Source: an uncultured candidatus Brocadiaceae bacterium (lineage in GTDB: Bacteria; Planctomycetota; Brocadiia; SM23-32). From it: DNA of 64,000 nt. The notes beneath the pieces are model-generated. The model saw only the letters and a list, made by a program, of their open reading frames with translations. It ran no database searches and was not told the DNA's origin. Location: contig CAYSWA010000003.1 in assembly GCA_964434535.1 (NCBI GenBank), positions 102,570 to 166,569 of the forward strand. Reading direction: 5' to 3'. Within the stretch, counting starts at the first letter, position 1; each line of letters begins with the position of its first letter. The translations under genes were made by a program, and so were the position numbers. Of this stretch, positions 18,866-27,918 are shown one piece after another.

Positions 18866-20045
18866 GCAGCGCCCGGCCGATCTGGCGCACGGCCTGGCGC
18901 AGGCGCTGCCTGTTCTCGACGATGGCCATGCGCACGTGCCCCTCGCCCGCCTCGCCGAAGGCGGCGCCGGGGGCGAGGGCCACGTCGGCCTCCTCCAGGA
19001 GCTTAAGGCAGAAGTCAACCGAGCCCATGCCCCGGAACGGCTCGGGGATCGGCGCCCAGACGAACATCGTCCCGCGCGGCTTCTCGACGGGCCATCCGAC
19101 GCGGCCAAGCCCCTCGCAGAGCGTGTCGCGCCGCTGCTGGTAGGTGGCCGCCTGCCGGCGCACCTCATCCATGCAGTGGCGCAGGGCGATGATGCTGGCG
19201 ATCTGGACGGGCATGAACAGGCCGTAGTCGAAATACCCCTTGATGCGGGCCAGCCCGGCCACCACGTCCGGGTGCCCCACGCAGAAGCCGACGCGCCAGC
19301 CGGCCATGTTGAAGCTCTTGGACATGGAGCTGAACTCCACGCCGACCTCCTTCGCCCCCGGCGCCTGGAGGAAGCTCGGCGCGCGGTAGCCGTCGAAGGT
19401 GATGTGGCTGTAGGCGAAGTCGTGGATGATGAGCATGTCATGGCGCCAGGCGAACTCGACGGCCCGCTCGAAGAAGGCCGGCTCGACGGTCAGCGCCGTC
19501 GGGTTGTGCGGGAAGTTCAGGATCAGCAGCTTCGGCTTCGGCTCGACGCTCGCCACCAGCTCGTCCAGCTCGTCGAAGAAGGCCGGGTCGGTCGAGATGG
19601 GCGCGGTGACGGTCCGCCCGCCGGCGATGCGGACGCTGTGCAGGTGCGGGGGGAAGGCGGGGGCGGGCACGATCGCCGTCTCGCCCTCCTCGATCAGCAC
19701 CAGCGCCAGGTGCGAAAGGCCCTCCTTGCTGCCGATGGTGCAGACGACCTCGGTCTCGGGGTCGACCTCGACGTCGTATTCGCGGGCGTAGAAGCGGGCG
19801 ACCTCGCGCTTGAGGTTGAAGATGCCGTCGGCGCTGACGCTGTAGCGGTGGTTGCGGGGGTCGCGGACGGCCTCGGTCAGCTTCTCGATGATCGGCTGCG
19901 GCGTGGGGTCGTTCGGGTTGCCCATGCCCAGGTCGATGATGTCGTGTCCGGCGCGCCGGCGGGCCATCTTGATGGCGTTGAGGCGGCCGAAGACGTACTG
20001 CGGCAGCCCTCCGACGCGCTGCGCCAATGGCACGTTCATCTTCAT
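18831..20045 (-). CDS. PLP-dependent aminotransferase class I/II (AlaC / LL-DAP aminotransferase-like)
   Basis: DLGMGNP, IGSKEG, NFPHNPT, HDFAY, SMSKSFNMAGWRVGF. Confidence 0.9.
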   Translation of the reverse strand: MKMNVPLAQRVGGLPQYVFGRLNAIKMARRRAGHDIIDLGMGNPNDPTPQPIIEKLTEAVRDPRNHRYSVSADGIFNLKREVARFYAREYDVEVDPETEVVCTIGSKEGLSHLALVLIEEGETAIVPAPAFPPHLHSVRIAGGRTVTAPISTDPAFFDELDELVASVEPKPKLLILNFPHNPTALTVEPAFFERAVEFAWRHDMLIIHDFAYSHITFDGYRAPSFLQAPGAKEVGVEFSSMSKSFNMAGWRVGFCVGHPDVVAGLARIKGYFDYGLFMPVQIASIIALRHCMDEVRRQAATYQQRRDTLCEGLGRVGWPVEKPRGTMFVWAPIPEPFRGMGSVDFCLKLLEEADVALAPGAAFGEAGEGHVRMAIVENRQRLRQAVRQIGRALRERHGRLQIGD

Positions 20046-21778
20046 GGCTCGCCCAACCTCAGCTCGACGTCGGCCTCGGCCTTCAGCTTCAGCAGAAGGG
20101 CCGGGATGCGCTCCCTCGCCTTGCGCAGGCGCAACTCGGCCGTCAGCTCCTCGCGCACGGATTCCAGCGGCGGGGGCTCGACGGCCGGCTCGCGCTCCAG
20201 AACGGCCATTATACGGTAACGGCCGCCCTCGTGGAAAACGCCGCTGACCTCGCCTTCGCGTAAGTCCTTTATCATGGCGTAGTAAGGATGGTCGGGCGTC
20301 AGCGTCCTTGTCCGCGCGCCCCGCGCCCAGGCGGCCGGCCCGCCCATCTCCGTCTGGGCCAGCACGTGCAGGCTCACCCCCTCCAGCGCCCGCTCGCGCA
20401 TCCGCTCGGCGACGGCCGCCTCCCCGGCGCTCAGCTCCTGCACGACCGCCCGATCGAGGCCGAGCTCCGCGTGGGCCGCGGCCACTTCCGCCTCGCTCAC
20501 CTCGAGTTCCCGCGCGGCCAGCCGCTCGGCCAGCAGCGCGGCGCGCACGTCCTCGCGCAGCACCAGCTCGCGCACGAGCCGCCGGCGGAACGCCGCCGGG
20601 TCGATCCCCGACGAGCGGAGCAGCCCGTCGAGCCCCTCGCGCGACTGGCCGCGCAGCGCCGCCTGGCGGGCGTAGAGCTCATCGCCGATCCGGCGCATCC
20701 GCTCCGTCACCTCCTCCGCAGAGACGCTCACGCCCTCACGCTCGGCCGCCTGGAAGACGAGCAGCCGCTCCACGTAGGGCCCGATCATCGCCGCGCCGAA
20801 CTCACGCGTCAGCGCCTCCGCCAGCGTGCCAACCGGCAGCGCCGCTGCGTTGACGAACGCCGCCGTCTCGGCCCCGAGCAGCCGCCGCTCGGGCGGGTCG
20901 GCCGAGAGATTCGTCACGATCCGGGCCTTCCGGTGCAGTTCGGCAAGCAGGGCCGGGTAGGCGTGCTCCGACTCGACGGCGATCAACTCGGCCCGCAGCG
21001 TGCCCTTCAGCTCCTCGAACGGCTCACCGGTGGCGGGCACCTCGCCGATCCTGCGCAGCACGTGCCAGCCTTCCTCGCTGCCGAACACGGCCAGCTCGCC
21101 CGGCGCCAGGCCCTCCAGCGCCCGGCCGAGCCGGCAGCCCGCGGGCACCGGCGCCAGCCGCCCCTTGTAGGGCACCGAGGGGCGGTCCAGGCTCAACTCG
21201 ACGACGGCCTCCTGCCAGCGGTCGGGATCGGCCCGCAGCAGCTCCAGCAGTTCCTCGGCCTGGCGGCGGCTCGGCAGGGCGACGTGCGCCGCGAGCAGGC
21301 GCCGCCCGCGCGTTCGCTTGTGGTGCGCCCGCAGCGCCCCTTCGCTCAGGTCCAGCGTCGGCGCGATCATCCGCTCGACGAGCAGCCGCACGCGCATGGC
21401 GTCGGGCGAGACGCTCTGTTGCAGCTCGCGGCGCACCGCCTCGACGTCCCACCCCTGTCGCTCGGCGGAGGCGCGGAACTCCTCGGGCCCCATGCGCGCG
21501 TTCTCGATGATCTGGCGCCAGCGCAGCTCACCTTCCAGTTCCCGCCGCGCCGCCACCTCCTGGCGGCTCACCTCCACGCCGCGCCGCCGGGCCTCCTGCT
21601 CGATGAGGCCACGGTCCACGAACGAGTCCAGCGCGCTGCGCCCGAGCGAGCGGACCAGCGCCGCGCCGAACTCCTCGCCAGTGACCTGCCGCCCGTTGAC
21701 GACGGCCACGACCTCGGCCCGGGCGGCCGTTGTCAGCGCGAGCATCGCCGTCGCGACCATGTAAAGCCAGGCACGCAT
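20042..21778 (-). CDS. Exported SurA/PrsA-like foldase with two SurA-N/parvulin-like modules
   Basis: Signal peptide ending TTAARA, VVAVVNG. Repeated 'LIEQEARRRGVEVS' / 'LVFQAAEREGVSVS', AAHV, GWHVLR, GEVSGV. Confidence 0.7.
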   Translation of the reverse strand: MRAWLYMVATAMLALTTAARAEVVAVVNGRQVTGEEFGAALVRSLGRSALDSFVDRGLIEQEARRRGVEVSRQEVAARRELEGELRWRQIIENARMGPEEFRASAERQGWDVEAVRRELQQSVSPDAMRVRLLVERMIAPTLDLSEGALRAHHKRTRGRRLLAAHVALPSRRQAEELLELLRADPDRWQEAVVELSLDRPSVPYKGRLAPVPAGCRLGRALEGLAPGELAVFGSEEGWHVLRRIGEVPATGEPFEELKGTLRAELIAVESEHAYPALLAELHRKARIVTNLSADPPERRLLGAETAAFVNAAALPVGTLAEALTREFGAAMIGPYVERLLVFQAAEREGVSVSAEEVTERMRRIGDELYARQAALRGQSREGLDGLLRSSGIDPAAFRRRLVRELVLREDVRAALLAERLAARELEVSEAEVAAAHAELGLDRAVVQELSAGEAAVAERMRERALEGVSLHVLAQTEMGGPAAWARGARTRTLTPDHPYYAMIKDLREGEVSGVFHEGGRYRIMAVLEREPAVEPPPLESVREELTAELRLRKARERIPALLLKLKAEADVELRLGEP

Positions 21779-21828
21779 CGAAGAGCCCGACCAGGGAAGA
21801 ACGAGGAGCACGCGGCCCTCGGGCCGCC

Positions 21829-22443
21829 TCAGACCATGCCGGTGAAGCCGAGGAAGGCCATGGCCATCAGGCCCGTGGCGATGAAGGCGATCGGCACGCC
21901 CTTCAGCGGCGCCGGCACGTCGACCCGCGCCAGCCGCTCCCGCACGCCGCTCATCAGCAGCATCGCCAGCATGAACCCGAGCCCCGCGCAGATGCCCCGC
22001 CACGAGGCGGCGACCAGCCCGGAGGCGAAGCCCATCTGCGCGAACTCCAGCGGCGCGTCCGTCGTGTTCAGCAGCGCCACGCCCATCACGGCGCAGTTGG
22101 TGGTGATCAGCGGCAGGTAGATGCCGAGCGCCTCATACAGCGCCGGCAGACGCGAGCGCATGAACAGCTCCACAAGCTGCACCAGTGTGGCGATGACCAG
22201 GATGAACATCGGCGTCTTCAGCGCCAGCACCAGCCCCGTCGGCAGCAGGATCAGCCGGTAGAGCACGAAGGTGACCGAGCTGGCCATGAACATCACGAAC
22301 GTGACGGCCATGCCCATGCCCAGCGCGCTCTGGGTGCGCTGCGTGACGCCGATGAACGGGCAGAGGCCGAGGAAGCGCGCCAGCACGAAGTTCGAGACCA
22401 GGATGGCCGAGAAGGCGATGGTGAAAAGCTGCGTCAGCTCCAT
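21829..22443 (-). CDS. rnfA: Rnf complex subunit A
   Basis: NFVLARFLGLCPFIGV, LGIYLPLITTNCAVMG, VRERL, PLKGVPIAFI. Confidence 0.95.
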   Translation of the reverse strand: MELTQLFTIAFSAILVSNFVLARFLGLCPFIGVTQRTQSALGMGMAVTFVMFMASSVTFVLYRLILLPTGLVLALKTPMFILVIATLVQLVELFMRSRLPALYEALGIYLPLITTNCAVMGVALLNTTDAPLEFAQMGFASGLVAASWRGICAGLGFMLAMLLMSGVRERLARVDVPAPLKGVPIAFIATGLMAMAFLGFTGMV

Positions 22444-22446
22444 CTC

Positions 22447-23076
22447 TCAGGCCCCCTCCCCTCTGCCCCGCAGCCAGTTGAAGAAGCCCATCAGCAGCCC
22501 CAGCACCAGGAACGCGCCGGGCGCCTGGATCAGGATCGCCGCCGGCTCGTAGTGCACCGGCCAGGAAACCGGCATCCAGGGATAGCCCCAGACGGTGCCG
22601 CTGCCGAGCACCTCGCGGATCGCCGCCACCAGGCAGATCGCCGCCGTGAAGCCGATGCCGATGCCGAGCCCGTCCATCAGCGAGCGCCGCACGCCGTGCC
22701 GGTAGGCGAACGACTCGGCCCGGTAGAGGATGCCGCAGTTGACCACGATCAGCGGGATGAAGATGCCGAGGCTCTCGTTGACCTCGATCGGCACCATCGG
22801 CGAGCCCTTGAAGAAGATCTCGACCATGGTCACGAACGAGCCGATCACCACGATGAAGCAGGGGATGCGCACCTCGGACGGAATGGCGCGGCGCAGCAGC
22901 GCCACCAGCGTGTTGGAGCACATGAGCACGAAGATGACGGCCATGCCCATGGCGACGGCGTTCTGGAGCGCCGTAGTGACGGCGAGCGTGGGGCAGAGCC
23001 CGACGGCGAGCACGAAGACCATGTTCTGCTCGAAGACGCCCTTGTTCAGCTCGCCGGCCAGGGTGCGCTCGGGCAT
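22447..23076 (-). CDS. rnfE: Rnf complex subunit E
   Basis: GLCPTLAVT, VRIP, LGIFIPLIVVNC, RAE, IREVLGSG, PGAF. Confidence 0.95.
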   Translation of the reverse strand: MPERTLAGELNKGVFEQNMVFVLAVGLCPTLAVTTALQNAVAMGMAVIFVLMCSNTLVALLRRAIPSEVRIPCFIVVIGSFVTMVEIFFKGSPMVPIEVNESLGIFIPLIVVNCGILYRAESFAYRHGVRRSLMDGLGIGIGFTAAICLVAAIREVLGSGTVWGYPWMPVSWPVHYEPAAILIQAPGAFLVLGLLMGFFNWLRGRGEGA

Positions 23077-23117
23077 GGTCGCGGGCTCCGGTGCGGTTCG
23101 AAGGGGCGGATCGGGCC

Positions 23118-23146
23118 ACTATACCAGACGCCCCGGCGGCGCTCAA
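23118..23146 (-). promoter_or_regulatory. sigma70-type promoter of rnfE-rnfA
   Basis: TTGAGC-17 nt-TATAGT. Confidence 0.6.
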
Positions 23147-23199
23147 CGGAAGCGCGATCGCGGAACGACTCCGGCCGCACGGACGGGCAGTCCGTGCGC

Positions 23200-23538
23200 T
23201 CACGCCGCGGCGAGCGCGGCGAAGTTGGCGAGCACCAGCGCCGGCCAGAGGACCCAGCAGATCAGCGCCGGGTAGGTCATCTCCAGGGCGAACGGCGCCC
23301 AGAGAAGGTCCACGGCCAGAAGCGCCAGCGTCGCCACCGGCAGGGCGAGCCCGAGCGCCAGCGCGATGATCGCCACGGCCGGGCTGAGCGGCCACCAGGC
23401 GGCCAGAGTCCCCCCCGCCGCCGCGGCCACGAACAGCGCCCCGCAGGCGACCATGACCACGCGGCGCTGGCGCGTGAAAGCCACTGCGGCCGCGCCGAGC
23501 AGCGCCAGGGCGAGAACGTTCAGGTCAAAAGCCGCCAT
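23200..23538 (-). CDS. Small hydrophobic membrane protein
   Basis: About 4 TM segments; GGAGG RBS before the ATG at 23538; upstream TTGACT-16-TACAAT (23567-23594). Confidence 0.6.
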   Translation of the reverse strand: MAAFDLNVLALALLGAAAVAFTRQRRVVMVACGALFVAAAAGGTLAAWWPLSPAVAIIALALGLALPVATLALLAVDLLWAPFALEMTYPALICWVLWPALVLANFAALAAA

Positions 23539-23591
23539 GGCCCGGCCTCCGGACAGGTATGCCGGCATTGTAGCGGCGAGGACGGCGCAGT

Positions 23592-23770
23592 CAACACGGA
23601 GGACACGGAGAACGACGACGGCATTTCACCGCGAAGGTCACGAAGAAGCACGAAGGACGGCAACGACAGCGATGGGGTGACGGCTCGTCCTCGTTCTCGC
23701 GCTCGGCCGTTGCCGTTCATCCGCGTTGATTTGCGTTCATCTGCGGTTCCTCGCCGTTCCCGTCGGTGAA
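23592..23770. repeat. Modular intergenic repeat cluster
   Basis: CACGGAG/CACGAAG units, CTCGTCCTCGTTCTCG, and an inverted copy of the 18764-18801 decamer array. Confidence 0.75.
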
Positions 23771-23792
23771 GCCGTCCCTTCGGACCCACGGC

Positions 23793-23821
23793 TTGCAACG
23801 GGCCAACTGCGCGATTAGAAT
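23793..23821 (+). promoter_or_regulatory. sigma70-type promoter
   Basis: TTGCAA-17 nt-TAGAAT. Confidence 0.7.
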
Positions 23822-23874
23822 CGCGGTGGAGCGTCGACCGGATCCCTTCACGCCGCGTCAGGAGCCGCCGAGAG

Positions 23875-24696
23875 ATGGCCAAGTTCGGCTTCGGCAGACA
23901 GATTCCACCGATCGTCCTGTTGACCGATTTCGGTTTCAAGGACAGCTACGTGGGCGTGATGAAGGGGGTAATCCGGGGGATCTGCCGGGGGGCGGAGGTC
24001 ATCGACCTCTCGCACAACATCATGCCGCAGGACGTGGCCGAGGCGGCCTTCGTGCTCGCCGCCGCCTACCGCTACTTTCCCGAGGAGACGATCTTCGTCT
24101 GCGTGGTCGACCCCGGCGTGGGCACCGACCGGGCCATCGTTTACGTGCGGGTCAACGACCAGGCGTTCCTGGCGCCGGACAACGGGCTGCTCAGCGTAGT
24201 CGTCGAGGAGGCGGCGCCCTCGGCCGTGCGCCGGGTCACGGCCGAGCGCTACTTTTTGAACGAGCCGAGCACGACGTTCCACGGGCGGGACATCTTCGCG
24301 CCGGTCGCGGCGCACCTGGCCGCCGGGCTGGAGCCGGAGAAGCTCGGCCCGACGCTGCGGCGGGTGCGGCGGCTGCGCCTGCCCCGGCCCGTGCGGGCGG
24401 CTGACGGGAGCCTGCGCGGCGAGATCATCTACATCGACCAGTTCGGCAACTTGATCACGAACATGAGCCGGGCCATGCTGGAGCGCAGCTTCGAGGTGCC
24501 GCTGGGCGAGGTCGAGGTCACGGTGAAGCGCCGGAAGGTGGAGAGGCTGAGCCGCACGTACGGCGAGGCGGCGGCCGGCGAGCTGGTAGCGCTGATCGGC
24601 AGCAGCGGCTACCTGGAGGTGGCGGTGAACCAGGGCTCGGCGGCGCGGTTCCTCGGCTGCGAGAAGGGCGATACGGTCACGCTCTCGGCGCCGTAG
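23875..24696 (+). CDS. SAM hydroxide adenosyltransferase (DUF62 family)
   Basis: LLTDFG, VVDPGVGTDR, APDNGLL, STTFHGRDIFAP, IDQFGNLITN, LEVAVNQG. Confidence 0.9.
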   Translation: MAKFGFGRQIPPIVLLTDFGFKDSYVGVMKGVIRGICRGAEVIDLSHNIMPQDVAEAAFVLAAAYRYFPEETIFVCVVDPGVGTDRAIVYVRVNDQAFLAPDNGLLSVVVEEAAPSAVRRVTAERYFLNEPSTTFHGRDIFAPVAAHLAAGLEPEKLGPTLRRVRRLRLPRPVRAADGSLRGEIIYIDQFGNLITNMSRAMLERSFEVPLGEVEVTVKRRKVERLSRTYGEAAAGELVALIGSSGYLEVAVNQGSAARFLGCEKGDTVTLSAP

Positions 24697-24715
24697 CGGC
24701 CGGGCGCCCCCCCCT

Positions 24716-25261
24716 TCAGAGCCCGAGCGAGAGCACGGCGCGCAGCCCGGCGATCCGGCGGCCGTTGACCCGCTCGGGCGTAGCCGAGCGCACGAGCCAC
24801 TCCTCGTCGATCTTCTCCAGCCGCACCGTCCACTCGCTGCGCGCGAACCGCACGCCGCCGCCGCCGTGGAAGGAGGTGACGTGGAGGTCCATCAGCGCCT
24901 CGTCGTTCGCGATGGTCAGGTGCCGCACGGCCAGGTTGGCGCGGTCCAGCGGGCGGCGGCGGGTGATGCGCTCCAGGTCGCTGCGCAGGCGTTCCCGGTC
25001 GATGCCTTCCTCGGAGAAGTAGGGCGAGACGTGGGTCATCACGCCCTCGAGGTCGCGCGCGGCGAGGGACTCGACCGCCTCGTCGAGGACGGTCTTGATG
25101 CGGCGGCGATCGCTGGGCCACAGTTGCGCCAGCCCCACGTAGAGCAGCCCCGCCGCCGCGAGCAGCACCAGCAGGGAGGCGCCCGGCCGCGCCCGCGCCA
25201 GCATGACCAGCCGCGCCGGCAGGGAGGGGGCCGGCCCGCGGCTCTCTGCACCCGCGCTCAT
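24716..25261 (-). CDS. Membrane-anchored NTF2/SnoaL-like hypothetical protein
   Basis: One TM helix, then an alpha+beta domain ending 'VRLEKIDEEWLV', typical of the NTF2-like fold. Confidence 0.55.
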   Translation of the reverse strand: MSAGAESRGPAPSLPARLVMLARARPGASLLVLLAAAGLLYVGLAQLWPSDRRRIKTVLDEAVESLAARDLEGVMTHVSPYFSEEGIDRERLRSDLERITRRRPLDRANLAVRHLTIANDEALMDLHVTSFHGGGGVRFARSEWTVRLEKIDEEWLVRSATPERVNGRRIAGLRAVLSLGL

Positions 25262-25299
25262 CGCTTCCCTCCCGGCGGCGCCCCCCGGCGCCGCCAGCT

Positions 25300-27615
25300 T
25301 CAGCGCCTGGCGTAGCAGACGCCCAGCGCGGCCTCCACCAGGTCGGCCACGCCCGGCAGGTAGGCCCGCTCCAGCACCTCCGACTGCGGCGAGATGGCGT
25401 CGGCGGACCCGACGCGCGCCACGGGCGCGTCCAGGTAGTCGAACGCGCGCTCCTGGATGCGGGCCGCCACCTCGGCGGTGAAGCTGCCGGTGCGGCATGC
25501 CTGGCAGGCCACCACGCAGCGGCCGGTCTTGCGCACCGAGCGCAGCACCGTCTCCAGGTCGAGCGGTATCAGGCTGCGCAGGTCGATCAGCTCGGCCTCG
25601 ATGCCATGATCGTCGGCGAGCTTCTCGGCGGCCTTCCCCATCATGTGCGCCAGCAGGCTCCAGGCGACGATGGTCACGTCGCCGCCCTCCCGGCGCACGG
25701 CGGCGCGCCCGAGCGGCACCAGGTGCTCGGGGTCCTGCGGCACCTCGCCCTTCAGGTTGTAGAGCGCCTGCGACTCGACGAACAGCACGGGGTTGTCATC
25801 CCGGATGGCGCTCTTGAGCAGTCCCTTGGCGTCGGCCGGCGTGGCGGGGCAGACCACGTAGATGCCCGGGGTGTGGCAGGCGTGCGCCTCCAGCGCCTGG
25901 GAGTGCTGGCCGCCGTAGCCCTTGCCCGCGCCGACGGAGCTGCGCACCACGAGCGGCACGGTGGTCTGGCCGCCGCTCATGTAGTGCCACTTCGCCGCCT
26001 GGTTGAAGAGCTGGTCGCCGGCCTGGAACTCGAAGTCGCTGTACATCAGCTCCACGATCGGTCGCAGGCCCGTCATGGCCGCGCCGACGCCGGTGCCGAT
26101 GATCGCCGCCTCGCTGATGGCGGTGTTGAAGACGCGCCGCCGGCCGAACGCCTCCAGCAGGCCCTTGGTCACTTTGAAGGCGCCGCCGTAGTCGGCCACG
26201 TCCTCGCCGTAGAGCACGACGCGCTCGTCGCGGAGCATCTCCTCGGCCATCGCCTCGCGCAGGGCCTCCTTGAAGGTGGTCTGCCCGCCCTCGCGCTCGG
26301 CACGGGGCGGCTGCGCCAGCGTGGCCGGCTCGGCGAACTGCGCCGGCACCTCGTCGCAGCGGCTGGCGGTGAAGACGTAGCGCGTGACCTCGCAGGGGTC
26401 GGGGTCGGCCGACCGGGCGGCGCGGAGGGCGGCCTCCTCGTGGCGGCGCGCGACGCGCTCCTCCAGCTCGGCCACGGCGTCGAAGTCCGCCACGCCGGCC
26501 TCCACGAGCTGGTCCTTCAGGGTCTGGATCGGCTCGCAGGCCCGCCAGGCGGCCTCCTCCTCCTTGTCGCGGTACTCGGTGCGCGGGTCGCTCAGGCTGT
26601 GGCCGTGGAAGCGGTAGCAGACCAGCTCCAGCAGCGCCGGCCCCTCGCCCCGGCGGCAGGCGTCGGCGGCGCGGCAGACGGCGTCCCGCACGGCGAGCAC
26701 GTTCATCCCGTTGACCACCTCGGCCCGCATCGCCTCGGGGGCGAAGCCGGCCCCGCGCCGGGCCAGGAACTCGACCCCGGTCACCTCGCCCCGCTGCTGG
26801 CCGGTCATGCCGTACTGGTTGTTGACGATGGCGTAGATGATGGGCAGCCCGCGCGGCCGCTCGGCCAGCTCGGGGTTGGTGAACTGGGCCATGGCGGCGA
26901 AGTTCAGCGACTCCATGACCACGCCGTTGGCGAAGGCCCCGTCGCCGGCGAAGCAGAGCACAACGCGGTCCTCGTTTAGGAACCGGTTGCGCAGGGCGGC
27001 GCCGGTGGCGATGCCGACCGAGCCGCCCACGATGGCGTTGGCGCCGAGGTGGCCGCTGCTGAAGTCCGCGATGTGCATGCCCCCGCCGCGCCCGCGGCAG
27101 TATCCGTCCGCCTTGCCGAACAGCTCGGCGGCGGTGCGGTAGACGTGCTCGGCCTTGGCCGCCTCGCGCAGCTGCCGGCCGCAGAGGTCGCGGGCTTGCT
27201 CAGCGCCGATCCAGGCGCGCAGCTCCTCCTCGGTGCGGCGCTTGATCGCCACGTAGCCCTTGGCGATGGCGTCGCCGTGGCCGCGGTGGGTGCTGGTGAT
27301 GTAGTCGGTCCAGCGCACGGCGGAGCAGGCCCCGGTGCTGGCGGCCTCCTGCCCGATGGACAGGTGCGTCGGCCCGCGATAGCGGAAGCCCATCTCGCGC
27401 AGCGGCTCGAAGGACTGCATGCGCAGGGCGATGATCATCTGCTCGAAGGCGTGGATGCTCAGCATCCACTCCAGCAGGTCCAGCGCGTCCTCACCGGCCA
27501 GCGTGCCGGCGGCGAGCTCCTCTTTGAGGCTCCCGTCGTACTGGAAGACGGGGATGGTGGGGAAGCCCAGCTCGTCCGGCTCGAATCGGGGCAGCACGGT
27601 GAGGTCGCGAACCAC
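25300..27615 (-). CDS. Fused 2-oxoacid/acetoin dehydrogenase E1 alpha+beta
   Basis: HLSIGQEA, STHRGHG, GRGGGMH, TPP motif GDGA...NNQYG, YRFHGHS. Beta part: GEDV, NTAISEA, GGQHSQ. Confidence 0.92.
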   Translation of the reverse strand: MVRDLTVLPRFEPDELGFPTIPVFQYDGSLKEELAAGTLAGEDALDLLEWMLSIHAFEQMIIALRMQSFEPLREMGFRYRGPTHLSIGQEAASTGACSAVRWTDYITSTHRGHGDAIAKGYVAIKRRTEEELRAWIGAEQARDLCGRQLREAAKAEHVYRTAAELFGKADGYCRGRGGGMHIADFSSGHLGANAIVGGSVGIATGAALRNRFLNEDRVVLCFAGDGAFANGVVMESLNFAAMAQFTNPELAERPRGLPIIYAIVNNQYGMTGQQRGEVTGVEFLARRGAGFAPEAMRAEVVNGMNVLAVRDAVCRAADACRRGEGPALLELVCYRFHGHSLSDPRTEYRDKEEEAAWRACEPIQTLKDQLVEAGVADFDAVAELEERVARRHEEAALRAARSADPDPCEVTRYVFTASRCDEVPAQFAEPATLAQPPRAEREGGQTTFKEALREAMAEEMLRDERVVLYGEDVADYGGAFKVTKGLLEAFGRRRVFNTAISEAAIIGTGVGAAMTGLRPIVELMYSDFEFQAGDQLFNQAAKWHYMSGGQTTVPLVVRSSVGAGKGYGGQHSQALEAHACHTPGIYVVCPATPADAKGLLKSAIRDDNPVLFVESQALYNLKGEVPQDPEHLVPLGRAAVRREGGDVTIVAWSLLAHMMGKAAEKLADDHGIEAELIDLRSLIPLDLETVLRSVRKTGRCVVACQACRTGSFTAEVAARIQERAFDYLDAPVARVGSADAISPQSEVLERAYLPGVADLVEAALGVCYARR

Positions 27616-27700
27616 AGCCTGTCCTCCTGACGTTGCGGTCGAATGGAGCGTCAGAGGCGGGGATCCCGCGCGGAGCGCGCAGCGTCAGCCGCAAGCGACC

Positions 27701-27729
27701 CTTATAGCCGAGAGCGGCCAAGAGCGCAA
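27701..27729 (-). promoter_or_regulatory. sigma70-type promoter of the E1 gene
   Basis: TTGCGC-17 nt-TATAAG. Confidence 0.55.
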
Positions 27730-27918
27730 CCGGAAGGGAGGCAGTTGTCCGTTGCCGGTTGTTCAGTTGTCAGGCAGACGGCGAACGGCTCGAAGGCCGG
27801 CCCCAGCGGCCTGCCCCCCCCCAACGCCCAACCGGCCGAGCAAGCGCCGCGTCACTTGCTCCTTCAGCCTTCCGCCTTCTCCTGGCCGCGCTCTGCGGTG
27901 AGGCCGTTCGGCGCGCCG

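Noticed and set aside
23875-24696. SAM-dependent fluorinase/chlorinase (halogenase)
   Set aside because: It keeps the Asp-Arg-His features of DUF62 hydrolases (DPGVGTDR, TFHGRD), and there is no secondary-metabolite context.
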